From Bdellovibrionota bacterium (GTDB taxonomy: Bacteria; Bdellovibrionota_C; UBA2361; JBGSMV01), in contig JBGSMV010000016.1 of NCBI GenBank assembly GCA_041739995.1, forward strand, positions 1 to 64,000: 64,000 nt of DNA, written 5' to 3'. Both the position numbers and the translations under genes were made by a program. This document shows positions 28,714 to 38,419 of the stretch, piece after piece (position 1 is the stretch's first letter; the number at the start of each line of letters is the position of its first letter). The notes below the pieces were generated by a model, which had not been told where the DNA came from, did not search any database, and saw nothing but the letters and a program-made list of their open reading frames with translations.

Positions 28714-30840
28714 CTAGGGGGTGATCACGAGGTACTCGGCGCTGCGCGCGAACTCAGTTAAGCAGTTGAGATTATTAGAAGCCGACTCCCCAAACTTTTG
28801 TTTTTCAAGACTTCCAATCACCACATGTGAAATGTTCTCGGTAAGGAGCATGGTTTTACGTTTCCCACAGTCCTCCTCCCGGTACCAACTGTTGGTAAAT
28901 TCTTCACGTCTACGGACTTCATCATATTTATTAGTGAGAAGGCCGACATGATTGCCCCAGCCTAGAAACGACTGCTGGCCAGATAGCGTCGCCACAAAGG
29001 TGGTGTAGTCGTAGGCGTTTCCTTGAGCCTCCAGAATCACTGCTCCCTCTTGGGTGGAGAGCTTCTTAATCGTGTCAGCTGCGCCAGGGAAACGCTGATC
29101 GACCGTGCTCAGTCCTTGGGTGAAAGGTCCCACAGAGAACCGTTCGGTTTTTCGCATGGGAATAGTTCGGTAGAAAAATCCAAGCATGAGCACCAACACG
29201 CAGGTGACAACCAGCGGTGCGGGCATCAGTTGGCTTGCTCCTTTGCGAAACCTCGCCGGAACGTGGGCAAAGGCTTCTCGCCCCACCACAAACATCGCCA
29301 TCCAGCCGAACCACCAGGCCGCGCTATAAAATTTAAAAATTGTGTTCATGCGTTCGATGTCGTCGCCGTAGGCATCGTTCACAAAGGCTATTTCTGGAAA
29401 CAATATGGCGGATACAAAGGCCAGAGGGAGAGCGGCCGCAAGCGCCTTTGTGCCTGGAGACCAGGTTCGCTCGGGGTTTTCCTGTCGAAGGAAGACCACG
29501 AAGTAAATCAAAGCAACCAAGAGCAAGAACACTAGCGGAAGGAGTGCGTCTTCGCCAAAAAAAGCCCCAAGTACTAAAATCGCTGCGCCGACTATGCCAA
29601 GAATAAAGTCGTTAGACATAATTCTTACGACAAGTCCGAGTGCAATAAACACCAACGGAATTCCCCAATGCTGAAACATGGAAGCTACCGGCGTTCTCAG
29701 CAGAGGTTTTTGCACGAATTCTAGTTCAAAATTATCAGGAGATCTTAGGTGCAATGTCGACCAAATTAATACGCCGGCAAGCGCTATGGCCGAGACTCCA
29801 AGCGCCACTGTTCGAGGCGAGAGGGCAGAGGCAAAATGTTCTCTCAATGCGGATACTTTAGTTTCTTGGCTACCTGCAGGCATTTCTTTCCAGGCCATGA
29901 GAGCAAGGGCGACGGCTCCCCAAAAGGTGAGCAAAGCCCAGACTGGAAGCTCCCATGCATTGGCGGCATAGAGCCAACAAGGAGCCAAGATTGCCCAAAC
30001 AGATATGGCATTCAGCGCACGCCAGCCGGTCCAGCCAGACCGCAGACTTAAGAGCACAATAGACGCTAGCAGCGGAAGCGCGCACAGGTTTAAGTAGTGT
30101 GGATGCAAGTCTCCGAGCAAAAACGACCAGGCGGGAAATTCGTTTATGGCGCCATTAATGACGCGTGAGGGCCCCCACCAGTTTCCGTCACGCGTGAGTG
30201 CATGAGTAATTCCCGACCAGTTTGACCCAAGCGCAATGACCAGCGCGCCTGTGACTGAAGCGAGTGCGGAAAATTTAAAGTGAAGCAAGAGAATGCGGAA
30301 GCAACATGCAAAGTATGCAGCGAGCGAGAGTGCTGCCATTTGATGATAGATGGCCCAAACGGGCTCTCCAAAAAGTGAGCCGATAAACTGACCAAATCGA
30401 TACCAGTACACGTAATAGTTTAAGACGGTACCGGACATCCAGGGCTCTGGCGGAGCGAGGGGGTCGCGGTAGGTTGCGGCAAGAATCGCATAATCGCGGA
30501 GACGCTCACCGATGGAAATAAAGTCCGGCCAAAGGAGCGCCACTCGGTAGAGAAAAATATAAGCAGCAACGAGCGCGATCGAACTGAGCCACTCTTCGCG
30601 GCGCGAAATATTGAAACTAGCAACCTTACTTCCGTCATAGGGAGTGCTGCATTTAAAAATGAGCACGGCGACGGAGGCGAGCGCGATATACGAAGCGACA
30701 GTAGAGGCACCGAGCAAAGACCCGAGACCAAAGAAAACGACGGGAGAGGCAAAGAGCACACCGAGCGTTACTTCGATACATGGGCGCTTCAGGCGCAAGC
30801 AAGCGGCGAGGAGAACTAGGAGTAGAAGAAATATCGTCAT
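28714..30840 (-). CDS. DUF2298 / Chlor_Arch_YYY (TIGR03662-like) membrane protein, putative GT-C
   Basis: GERLRDY, PPEPWMSG..LNYYVY, W..SRVI..AINEFPAWSFLLGDLHPH, RMNTIFKFY and LGW.NH. Start uncertain (30840 or 30891). Confidence 0.85.
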   Translation of the reverse strand: MTIFLLLLVLLAACLRLKRPCIEVTLGVLFASPVVFFGLGSLLGASTVASYIALASVAVLIFKCSTPYDGSKVASFNISRREEWLSSIALVAAYIFLYRVALLWPDFISIGERLRDYAILAATYRDPLAPPEPWMSGTVLNYYVYWYRFGQFIGSLFGEPVWAIYHQMAALSLAAYFACCFRILLLHFKFSALASVTGALVIALGSNWSGITHALTRDGNWWGPSRVINGAINEFPAWSFLLGDLHPHYLNLCALPLLASIVLLSLRSGWTGWRALNAISVWAILAPCWLYAANAWELPVWALLTFWGAVALALMAWKEMPAGSQETKVSALREHFASALSPRTVALGVSAIALAGVLIWSTLHLRSPDNFELEFVQKPLLRTPVASMFQHWGIPLVFIALGLVVRIMSNDFILGIVGAAILVLGAFFGEDALLPLVFLLLVALIYFVVFLRQENPERTWSPGTKALAAALPLAFVSAILFPEIAFVNDAYGDDIERMNTIFKFYSAAWWFGWMAMFVVGREAFAHVPARFRKGASQLMPAPLVVTCVLVLMLGFFYRTIPMRKTERFSVGPFTQGLSTVDQRFPGAADTIKKLSTQEGAVILEAQGNAYDYTTFVATLSGQQSFLGWGNHVGLLTNKYDEVRRREEFTNSWYREEDCGKRKTMLLTENISHVVIGSLEKQKFGESASNNLNCLTEFARSAEYLVITP

Positions 30841-30951
30841 ATTCCGGGGCAGCGTACCAGGGGCGCGTGGAGCCGTGAAGCCTGTTTGCATGGGGAGCAG
30901 CGATAAATGGGTGCTTGACGTTGATTGCCTAGTCCACAAGGCTCTCCCCAT

Positions 30952-32559
30952 ATGAGTTTTCAGAGAATTCTTGGTCGGATAAGCCTACACGAGGCCGTGA
31001 TAGCGCTGGCAGTCTTGTCTGCGGTGTATTTACAGCTGCAAAATTTTGCTGACGATCCTGGCGTGGGGTGGCACTTAGAGACCGGCAGGTGGGTACTGGA
31101 GCACCGTATGGTGCCCTCGACTGATCCTTTTTTAGCTACGCCGCCTGGGGCGTTAGAAGAAGGGCAGGCAGCTCGTTCGTGGATTTCGGATCAATGGTTG
31201 TCTGATGTCGTTCTCGAGCTTCTCTTCCAGGTTGGCTCCTGGCCGCTTGTCTACGCCAGCTTAACTTCACTGTATCTGATTACCTACTTTGTTGTGCTGT
31301 ATGGTGGTTTGCGAAAACTTCACATGCCCGCGCTCGCGGCTACGTTTGCGGTCATGTGCGCTTTTAAGGGCGGACAAATTCACTTCATCCTGCGCCCCGT
31401 AATGTTTAGTTTTCTATTCTTCACCATTGTTTACCTGAGGTGTCTCTACACCGAGCAACAAATGCTCAATACACAAGCGGCGCAGGAACCGAGCAGGCCA
31501 AACGATAAAAGCTATTTTGCATGGGCTGCGTTGTTCGCGCTCTGGGCGAACATTCATCCAGGCTTCGTGATTGGATTAGCCATGGTTGGGCTTTCAGGTG
31601 CGATCACCGGCTTACGCGCCATTTTTTATGCGCCCCTTCGTGCTCAAATAGTTCCGGCAGGGCTTACTTTTCTTTCCTGCGCTATCGGTACACTTCTTAA
31701 TCCCTATGGTTTGAAATTGCATGAATCAATTGCTTCGTTGCGGGCCAGCGATTACTTCATGTCATTACACGAAGAGTGGATGCCGATCTCTTTTGAATCA
31801 CCTGAGGGGCGTTTGTGGTTAATGTTGGTCATATTGATTGGGCTGTGTGTGCTTTTTGGAAGAGGAAAGTTTCGGTTTCCATCGCCCACAAGCTTAGTAG
31901 CCTGCGTGGTCCTCGGACTTTCATGTCTTGATGCAGTAAGAATGCTGCCTTTCTTTGCCATCGCTGCAAGCCTTCCAGTCGCCTGTGGGTTTGCATCGCT
32001 GGGGCAGTGCTCAATTTTTCAGCGCTCGCGTCCCTTTGCGCGACTTGCGAGCGCATTCATGTTCTTCGAACGTAGGGAGCATACGGCTCGCGCTGGGATA
32101 ATGCTAACGGCGGTTATCTGTGGTGCCCTTATTGCCTCGAGCCTATTGCGAGGAGATCTGCTGCTGTTTCAGGGTCCATTTGGTCCGCGCGTGGAGAAGT
32201 TCCCCTACGGAGCCATCCAGTTCCTTTCGGCTCACCAGGACTCCGAGTCGAAACGCGAGTTGGTGGTAGCCTCAATACCGGAATGGGGTGGCTTTTTAAG
32301 TAAATTTGGAACCGGAATGGTTCGGCCATTGATTGATGACCGAAATACTCTAGTCGGAGAGGACTTTCATAAGCGCTATTCCTCATATATTGGGGGTGCC
32401 AATGGGTGGGATACCTTCTTTGTATTGCTTGGAGCTGACGCTTTACTGGTTCCTTCAGGGGGAGTATTGGCCAAGGCATTACAGCAGGGGCCTGTAGGTG
32501 AATGGAGCCTTAGTTACCAAGATCGATTGCAGACCCTAGCGACTAAAACCACTTCCTAG
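30952..32559 (+). CDS. Multi-TM putative GT-C glycosyltransferase
   Basis: DPGVGWHLETGRW...DPF, QWLSD, RP.MFS, LWANIHPGF, LLNPYG, EW and WGG....IDDR motifs. Confidence 0.75.
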   Translation: MSFQRILGRISLHEAVIALAVLSAVYLQLQNFADDPGVGWHLETGRWVLEHRMVPSTDPFLATPPGALEEGQAARSWISDQWLSDVVLELLFQVGSWPLVYASLTSLYLITYFVVLYGGLRKLHMPALAATFAVMCAFKGGQIHFILRPVMFSFLFFTIVYLRCLYTEQQMLNTQAAQEPSRPNDKSYFAWAALFALWANIHPGFVIGLAMVGLSGAITGLRAIFYAPLRAQIVPAGLTFLSCAIGTLLNPYGLKLHESIASLRASDYFMSLHEEWMPISFESPEGRLWLMLVILIGLCVLFGRGKFRFPSPTSLVACVVLGLSCLDAVRMLPFFAIAASLPVACGFASLGQCSIFQRSRPFARLASAFMFFERREHTARAGIMLTAVICGALIASSLLRGDLLLFQGPFGPRVEKFPYGAIQFLSAHQDSESKRELVVASIPEWGGFLSKFGTGMVRPLIDDRNTLVGEDFHKRYSSYIGGANGWDTFFVLLGADALLVPSGGVLAKALQQGPVGEWSLSYQDRLQTLATKTTS

Positions 32560-32846
32560 TGCGCTTTCCAAAAGCGAATGAGGTGATAGTCTACCGGAGC
32601 TGTAAGGGCTTCTTTTGCGACCCCGGAGCGGCGCTTGCCCTGGATAGAGCCTAGTGTCCTGAGCGAAGAGTTCGATGAATTCTCGCCGAGCTTGATACTC
32701 TCTTTGTGAATTTATTTAATCAATTAGACAATGAGTTCAGCGAGAAAGATACTTGAATGAACTTCTGACTCAGCAGACTAGTACGTCCGATATTGATTGA
32801 GTTCGACTGAACATGATTGACCGCACATGAAAGTAGGTGAGATTTC

Positions 32847-34160
32847 GTGAAAAAGGGATCGCTCGCATTATTCCTAACTTTGCTGCTTGCGCTGCTCGGG
32901 GCTGGCGTATCGGCCTTGACCATTATCGAGCACCTACTCCTTGAGATATCCGAAGAAACGGGGCTGACTCTAGAGTCTGGTCTGTGCACCATTGGAGCGA
33001 CTTTCAATTGTAAGAAGGTAATCGGTAGCGAGTGGTCTCTTATATTGGGCATTCCGCTCGGCTATTTTGGAGTTGCCTTCTATCTCTTGCTGTTCGCTCT
33101 AACCGTTGCGGCCTTTGACGAGAAGTTTGTGGGCCGAACTCTTGCTGGGGCAACGCTGTTCACCATGTCGCTGCTTGCCTCAGTGTTCTCCGTATATCTC
33201 TATCTCGTTTCTGAATTGAAGATTGGGGCACTTTGCCCGCTTTGTCTGACGACTTACGGAATAAATTTTCTACTTCTCATATCGACCTATCTGATTTGCC
33301 CGAGTGTCTCTCTGAGGGAGCGGCGGAAGCTGGGGATTGCAGGGTTAGTGCGTTACCCATTGTTGCTTCTTCGAATTGGCGCCCCACGAGAGTCCTCTGC
33401 GCCGACCATTGCGCGCATTTGGCTTGTTGCCGGCTTGCTTGCGGTATTTTTTATAGGGGCATTGCCCGATTTTATAGCGAGCCAGTTTGTGATTCCGACG
33501 GTTGAGAGAGCCAGCGACTCAGAAAGACTGGCTAAAGGTGTTGAGTCGTGGAGCAAGTCGCCCGTTCAGAAGATCGCTTTAAGTTTGGATGGTGGATTGC
33601 AGGGCGACCACTTTAAGGGGAGCCCGCAGGCTCCAGTTGTCATCGTAGAGTTTTCAGACTTTGAGTGCCCTGCTTGCAGAGGGACCCATATCGCTCTCGA
33701 GGCAGTGCTCAAGGAGTTTGAGGCGAGCATAGTTTTTGTGCACAAGGATTACCCTTTGGACCATGCGTGCAATTCCAATATTTCGAAGCCTTTTCATCGA
33801 ATGGCGTGTTTTGCTGCTGAGGTTGCTCGGTGTGCGGGAGAACAAGGAAAATTCTTTGAAACAGCCGATTTTCTATATAAGAGCCCGATTCTGACGCGTC
33901 GTTCAAATCTTAAGAAATCAAAGGAGGATGTTTTTCTTTCGAGTGAAGTGCTTGGGTTAGACGAACAGGGCTTAAGGGAATGCGTGGCGAGCCGAAGACA
34001 TCGCCCCAAGATTAAAGGCGACATCGCAGCAGGAGACACTCTCGAGCTGGCAGGAACTCCTTCCATCTGGGTAAACGGGAAAAAACTACAGGTCATCCAC
34101 CCCACAGTACTTCGCGCGGTGATTTCAGAAATATTGGGCGACCTCCCGGCGCAGGGTTAG
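32847..34160 (+). CDS. VKOR-DsbA fusion (disulfide bond formation)
   Basis: VKOR loop Cys pair (CTIGATFNC..V..S.WS) and CPLC; thioredoxin EFSDFECPAC and GTP. Confidence 0.92.
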   Translation: MKKGSLALFLTLLLALLGAGVSALTIIEHLLLEISEETGLTLESGLCTIGATFNCKKVIGSEWSLILGIPLGYFGVAFYLLLFALTVAAFDEKFVGRTLAGATLFTMSLLASVFSVYLYLVSELKIGALCPLCLTTYGINFLLLISTYLICPSVSLRERRKLGIAGLVRYPLLLLRIGAPRESSAPTIARIWLVAGLLAVFFIGALPDFIASQFVIPTVERASDSERLAKGVESWSKSPVQKIALSLDGGLQGDHFKGSPQAPVVIVEFSDFECPACRGTHIALEAVLKEFEASIVFVHKDYPLDHACNSNISKPFHRMACFAAEVARCAGEQGKFFETADFLYKSPILTRRSNLKKSKEDVFLSSEVLGLDEQGLRECVASRRHRPKIKGDIAAGDTLELAGTPSIWVNGKKLQVIHPTVLRAVISEILGDLPAQG

Positions 34161-34166
34161 AATCAT

Positions 34167-35273
34167 ATGGCCTCCGTCCTTGCGCACATCGTTACTTACC
34201 ATTCTTCAGCGCAGGTGATTCTGTGCATTGAATCGCTTCTTGCTCAGGAGGGTTTTGAGTCCGACCATGAGCTGACGGTTGAACTTACGGATAATGCCTC
34301 TGGCGATGGTATTGCACAGAAAGTGACCCAGCGCTTCGCTCAGAGGGTCGGTACTTTTCAAAATTCCGCAAACTTTGGTTTTTGCGGAGCGCATAATCAA
34401 GCCGCGCATCGTTTCTTGCAGGGCAAACAAGATTATTTGCTTATCCTGAATCCCGACACGCTACTTTCCGCGGGAGCGTTGAGCGCGCTCGTTTCTGGGG
34501 TTGAACGGCACGCGCCGAAGGGGGCCGGAATGGCGACTCCCCTATTGCTGCGATGTGACGAGGATTTAAAGCCCGTGGAACCTGAACTGGTTGATGCTGC
34601 CGGGATGCATATGACTCGAGCGCTACGGCACTTCGATCGTGGATCTGGGGAGATTCGGTCGAAAGGCCAGTTTAACAGGGCGGGTTTTGTGTTTGGTGGA
34701 ACAGGAGCATGTTTGTTGCTCAGTCGTGCTTGCGTAAAGGATCTCACTCTCCGTGCCAGTGAACACGATGAGGCGGTGTGGAAGTTGTATCCTCAGCTGC
34801 GAGAGGGCAGAGAATTGCGAGCGCAGCTTTTTGACGAGGCATTTTTCGCCTACCGAGAAGATGCTGACTTGGCGTGGCGCGCACAGATTGGTGGATGGGG
34901 TACCTGTTTTATTCCGGAATCAATTGTCTACCACGAACGGAAGGTAGTGCCTGAACGACGTGCCGCGCTTTCGAGTGAATTGAATCGCCTGAGCGTGCGA
35001 AATAGATTTCTTTTGCAGGCCAGTAATCTGAGCCTCGGTGTGCTGATTCATACATTTTTTATGGGATTGTTGTGGAGGAACGCCTTGGTGGTCGTAGCGA
35101 CGCTTGTTTCTGAAAGAACTTCTATTCGGGGCTTGAGAGAGGTACTGCAGCTTCTTCCTCGAGCGCTGGCCCGTCGCCGTGCTATTCTCAAAAGCGCAAA
35201 GCCGAATCAGCTTGCAACTGTTGGACGGTGGTTCTCAGGCACGACGTTTGTTCCTTTTGAGGGTTCGCTTTAA
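34167..35273 (+). CDS. Glycosyltransferase family 2
   Basis: DNASGD, NFGFCGAHN, LNPD, FDE.FFAYREDADLAWRA. Confidence 0.92.
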   Translation: MASVLAHIVTYHSSAQVILCIESLLAQEGFESDHELTVELTDNASGDGIAQKVTQRFAQRVGTFQNSANFGFCGAHNQAAHRFLQGKQDYLLILNPDTLLSAGALSALVSGVERHAPKGAGMATPLLLRCDEDLKPVEPELVDAAGMHMTRALRHFDRGSGEIRSKGQFNRAGFVFGGTGACLLLSRACVKDLTLRASEHDEAVWKLYPQLREGRELRAQLFDEAFFAYREDADLAWRAQIGGWGTCFIPESIVYHERKVVPERRAALSSELNRLSVRNRFLLQASNLSLGVLIHTFFMGLLWRNALVVVATLVSERTSIRGLREVLQLLPRALARRRAILKSAKPNQLATVGRWFSGTTFVPFEGSL

Positions 35274-36070
35274 TGGAAAATATTGCGGTAGTGACGGGGG
35301 CATCGTCCGGGATTGGCGCAGAGTTTGCCCGGCAACTTCATCAAGATGGCCTCAATGTCATACTGGTCGCTCGTCGCCGAGAGAACTTGCAAGCCTTGGA
35401 GGCTTCGCTTAATGCGAAGCGAGCTGAGAGCGCTTCATTTCTTGAGGTTGATTTATGTGCTCCCGGTACCCCTGAGTTTAAGAAACTAGAAGTGCTATTG
35501 CAGGAAAGTCCGGTAGAGGTGTTCGTGAGCAATGCTGGCTTTGGATCCTTTGGTGAGTTTGATGAGCTCCCGCTCGCCAAGGAGCTAGACATGATTACTT
35601 TGAATGTTGCTTCAAGCACGAGGCTACTTCACGCTGCGGTCGGTGGTATGAAGCAGCGTCGACGCGGACAGATTGCGATCGTGAGTTCGATTGCGGGAAC
35701 TCAACCACTTCCCTATATGGCGACCTACTCAGCCACTAAGGCCTTTAATCTTACGCAAGCAGTAGCGCTGCATAGCGAACTTAAATCCTATGGGATTTCA
35801 GTGTTGGCGGTGTGTCCTGGTCCTGTTGCGACTGAATTCGGTGGAATTGCAAGAATGCCTGGTACTGTGGCGGGAGGACGACGAGATTCTGTTGAGGCGG
35901 TGGTTGCTGAGGCGCTGAGGGCTTTGCGTCGTGGCGCGGTCACGGTGGTGCCTTGTATGCGCGCTAAACTTCTTTGGTTTGCGTCGAGCCTTCTTCCCAG
36001 GGCAGTATCGGCGAGTGTAATTGCTCGTATGTTTCGACCGGTGCTTGCTGAATCCAAGCGCATTAAGTGA
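35273..36070 (+). CDS. Short-chain dehydrogenase/reductase
   Basis: TGASSGIG, NAGFG, YSATK. Confidence 0.93.
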   Translation: MENIAVVTGASSGIGAEFARQLHQDGLNVILVARRRENLQALEASLNAKRAESASFLEVDLCAPGTPEFKKLEVLLQESPVEVFVSNAGFGSFGEFDELPLAKELDMITLNVASSTRLLHAAVGGMKQRRRGQIAIVSSIAGTQPLPYMATYSATKAFNLTQAVALHSELKSYGISVLAVCPGPVATEFGGIARMPGTVAGGRRDSVEAVVAEALRALRRGAVTVVPCMRAKLLWFASSLLPRAVSASVIARMFRPVLAESKRIK

Positions 36071-36090
36071 ACTGATTTCAGGAGGTCCCA

Positions 36091-36786
36091 GTGAAAGAGA
36101 AGGTAGCTGAAGAACTTGCGCGTAGGGTCAAGTCAGGCGAGGTGCTGGGCGTAGGGACTGGTTCTACCGTGGCGCTTGCAATCGAGCGCATTGGGGCACG
36201 GGTACGGTCTGAGAAGATGGAAGTAAGTGCGGTGCCCACTTCGGTGCAGACCGCCTGGTTATGCGAATCACACGGCATTAAAGTGTTGTTCCCTGGTTTT
36301 CGCGGCTCCATAGCATGGGGCTTTGATGGCGCGGATGCAATCGATCCTTCGTTCCTCATGATAAAGGGCAAGGGCGGGGCGCTTTTGCAGGAAAAAATTC
36401 TTGCAGCCCGGTGCCGTGAGTTCGTCATTATTGTTGATGACTCCAAGTGCGTGCCGTCGTTGGCAGGAATTCCCCTTCCGATTGAGGTTATTCCGGAAGC
36501 CATAGGGCTTGTCGAAGAACATTTACGTAGCCGCAGTGGTGCATCTGACATTCAGGTACGTCAGTGCCAAGGGGGTAAGCATGGCCCCGTTATCACAGAG
36601 GCCGGGAATCTCATTGTTGATGCAACCTTTCCAAAAGTCGGCAAAGATCTTGAAGATCAGCTCAAGAGTATTGTCGGCGTAGTGGAAACAGGGCTTTTTA
36701 CTAAATACGGCTCCGAAGTTCTTATCGGAAGTGCTACGGGAGTAGAGAGCAAGCTCCGAGCTTCCATGGTGAATTCGAAGCAATGA
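36091..36786 (+). CDS. rpiA: Ribose-5-phosphate isomerase A
   Basis: GVGTGSTV, DGAD, KGKGGALLQEK, P.EV.P and GVVETGLF. Confidence 0.95.
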   Translation: MKEKVAEELARRVKSGEVLGVGTGSTVALAIERIGARVRSEKMEVSAVPTSVQTAWLCESHGIKVLFPGFRGSIAWGFDGADAIDPSFLMIKGKGGALLQEKILAARCREFVIIVDDSKCVPSLAGIPLPIEVIPEAIGLVEEHLRSRSGASDIQVRQCQGGKHGPVITEAGNLIVDATFPKVGKDLEDQLKSIVGVVETGLFTKYGSEVLIGSATGVESKLRASMVNSKQ

Positions 36787-36840
36787 TTTCCTTGGAGTCT
36801 GTGCCGCAGGCACAGACGACGAAATTCCTGAGGATGAATA

Positions 36841-37686
36841 TTAGCGGAAGCGCGCCAGCACCTTATCAATTAGAGACGGGCGTTTCCACACGGGAGTAAG
36901 TTTTTCAAATATTGAGAATTGCAGGGAGTCTTTCATGGGAGAGGCAATCACTCGCACCGGAGTATCCCCAATCCGTAATTTATCAAGCTCTGCTTGCAGC
37001 TCGGACTGGTAGTCAAGCGCGCCAGCATCGCTGCAAAGAAGGCCTATCAGTGTGCAGGTGAATTCCTCGCCTTCGGCAGAGAGAGAGACTTCGTTTGCAA
37101 GGTAGAGCTCCCTAACTGAGTGGGTATTCGTAGCGTAGCGTTTTGCGCAAAGTAACACCGGATCGTTCGCATCGAGCAACAGCTCGCCTACGCTAATGTT
37201 TACCGCAGGCTCCGCGTGTGACAGGTCGTGTACAATCTCATCGATAGCTTCAGCGCCTGAGCGAAGTTTTGTGATTTCCCAAGCAGAAAATTCCTTGGAA
37301 GCGTCACTTCCAGGATTCAATACTACCCACCAATCATCAGGCGTTCGTTTGAGCAGTTCGAGTCCGATTACCTGCGAGACCTGCAAGGTGTGGCTTGTCC
37401 AAAGCTTTAAAGCCTCAGGGCTTGAAAAACAGGGGATAAGGGTGCGCTCTTCGTCGCAAATTCCCATCAGAGAAAACAAATCTGATGGATAGGACGGCTG
37501 AGGATCTGCGGGCTTTGGTTGATACCTATCGGGAACCCATACCTGAGCGGCAAGAAACGACTTCAAAAAAACACGGATGGCGTCTTTGTCGCCCTCCGTC
37601 GCTCGCTCGAGAAGTTCCTCTAGAGCGAGAGATGGAAGTGGGCCGTGAGTATCCTCACTTGAGGACATACCCTCAAACTCCTGCAA
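36841..37686 (-). CDS. SseB-family protein
   Basis: F...FL...V.VP, IP.FSS.E.L..W and V+NP motifs. Confidence 0.65.
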   Translation of the reverse strand: MQEFEGMSSSEDTHGPLPSLALEELLERATEGDKDAIRVFLKSFLAAQVWVPDRYQPKPADPQPSYPSDLFSLMGICDEERTLIPCFSSPEALKLWTSHTLQVSQVIGLELLKRTPDDWWVVLNPGSDASKEFSAWEITKLRSGAEAIDEIVHDLSHAEPAVNISVGELLLDANDPVLLCAKRYATNTHSVRELYLANEVSLSAEGEEFTCTLIGLLCSDAGALDYQSELQAELDKLRIGDTPVRVIASPMKDSLQFSIFEKLTPVWKRPSLIDKVLARFR

Positions 37687-37734
37687 TTCGACTAAGCGCT
37701 ATCTCTGATGTTAGCGAATGTGCCGTGTCTCGCA

Positions 37735-38298
37735 TTACGATTTATTCATCTCTGAGACTATTTCGTCGGTGATATCGAATGACGGCTGACCAAAGAGCAC
37801 CGGCCCACGAGTGCCCTCGCCTTTATCGAGTACCAGATCGATTTTGTTACGCTTGGCGTAGGACGCAACTACCGTTACTGCTTTGTCAGCAAGCTGCCGG
37901 TTGATCTTCAGAAACTCCTTTTTCAAATCCTCGTCAGTGTCCTTTACGTCGCGCTCAAAATCTCGGGCGTCTGCGCGAAAGCGTTCGACTTCCTTCTGAT
38001 CGGCGCTTGACTCTGCCTTGTCTAAAGACTCCTTTCGCGTACGTAGTGACTTACCGCGCTCTTCCAATTTCTTTCGAGCTTCTGTGGCGCGCTCGTCTAG
38101 CTTCTTGCGCTGAGATTTTGCCGAAGAAGACTCGTTGAGAACCTTGTTGACGTCGACAGTGGCGAGTCGAAAATCCGCTTGAGCGCTTAGAGGAATCGTA
38201 CAGAGTAGAAGAGCCAGTGTTGAAAGCACCGCCTTCGCGAAAGTCTTAAGGTAGATAGTGCGGACTTGGATCATTCGAGAACAAACTGCGTATCTCAT
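37735..38298 (-). CDS. skp: OmpH/Skp periplasmic chaperone
   Basis: Signal peptide, LATVDVNKVL, coiled coil, DLVLDK...VLF....DITDEI. Confidence 0.9.
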   Translation of the reverse strand: MRYAVCSRMIQVRTIYLKTFAKAVLSTLALLLCTIPLSAQADFRLATVDVNKVLNESSSAKSQRKKLDERATEARKKLEERGKSLRTRKESLDKAESSADQKEVERFRADARDFERDVKDTDEDLKKEFLKINRQLADKAVTVVASYAKRNKIDLVLDKGEGTRGPVLFGQPSFDITDEIVSEMNKS

Positions 38299-38419
38299 AA
38301 GCTACAAAGTTCAAGAAAAAATTTGGCTAACAAATGGGGACATCCTGGAAGCTGTCTATGCAGTACTTACGCAGAAGCCCACAAACAAGGCACAACCGTA
38401 CACCGCAGGCCAGAATAGC

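Noticed and set aside
32847..36786. Polyprenyl-phospho-pentose pathway (GT2-SDR-rpiA near GT-Cs)
   Set aside because: No UbiA-type phosphoribosyltransferase or DprE1-like oxidase is in the window, and the SDR looks generic.
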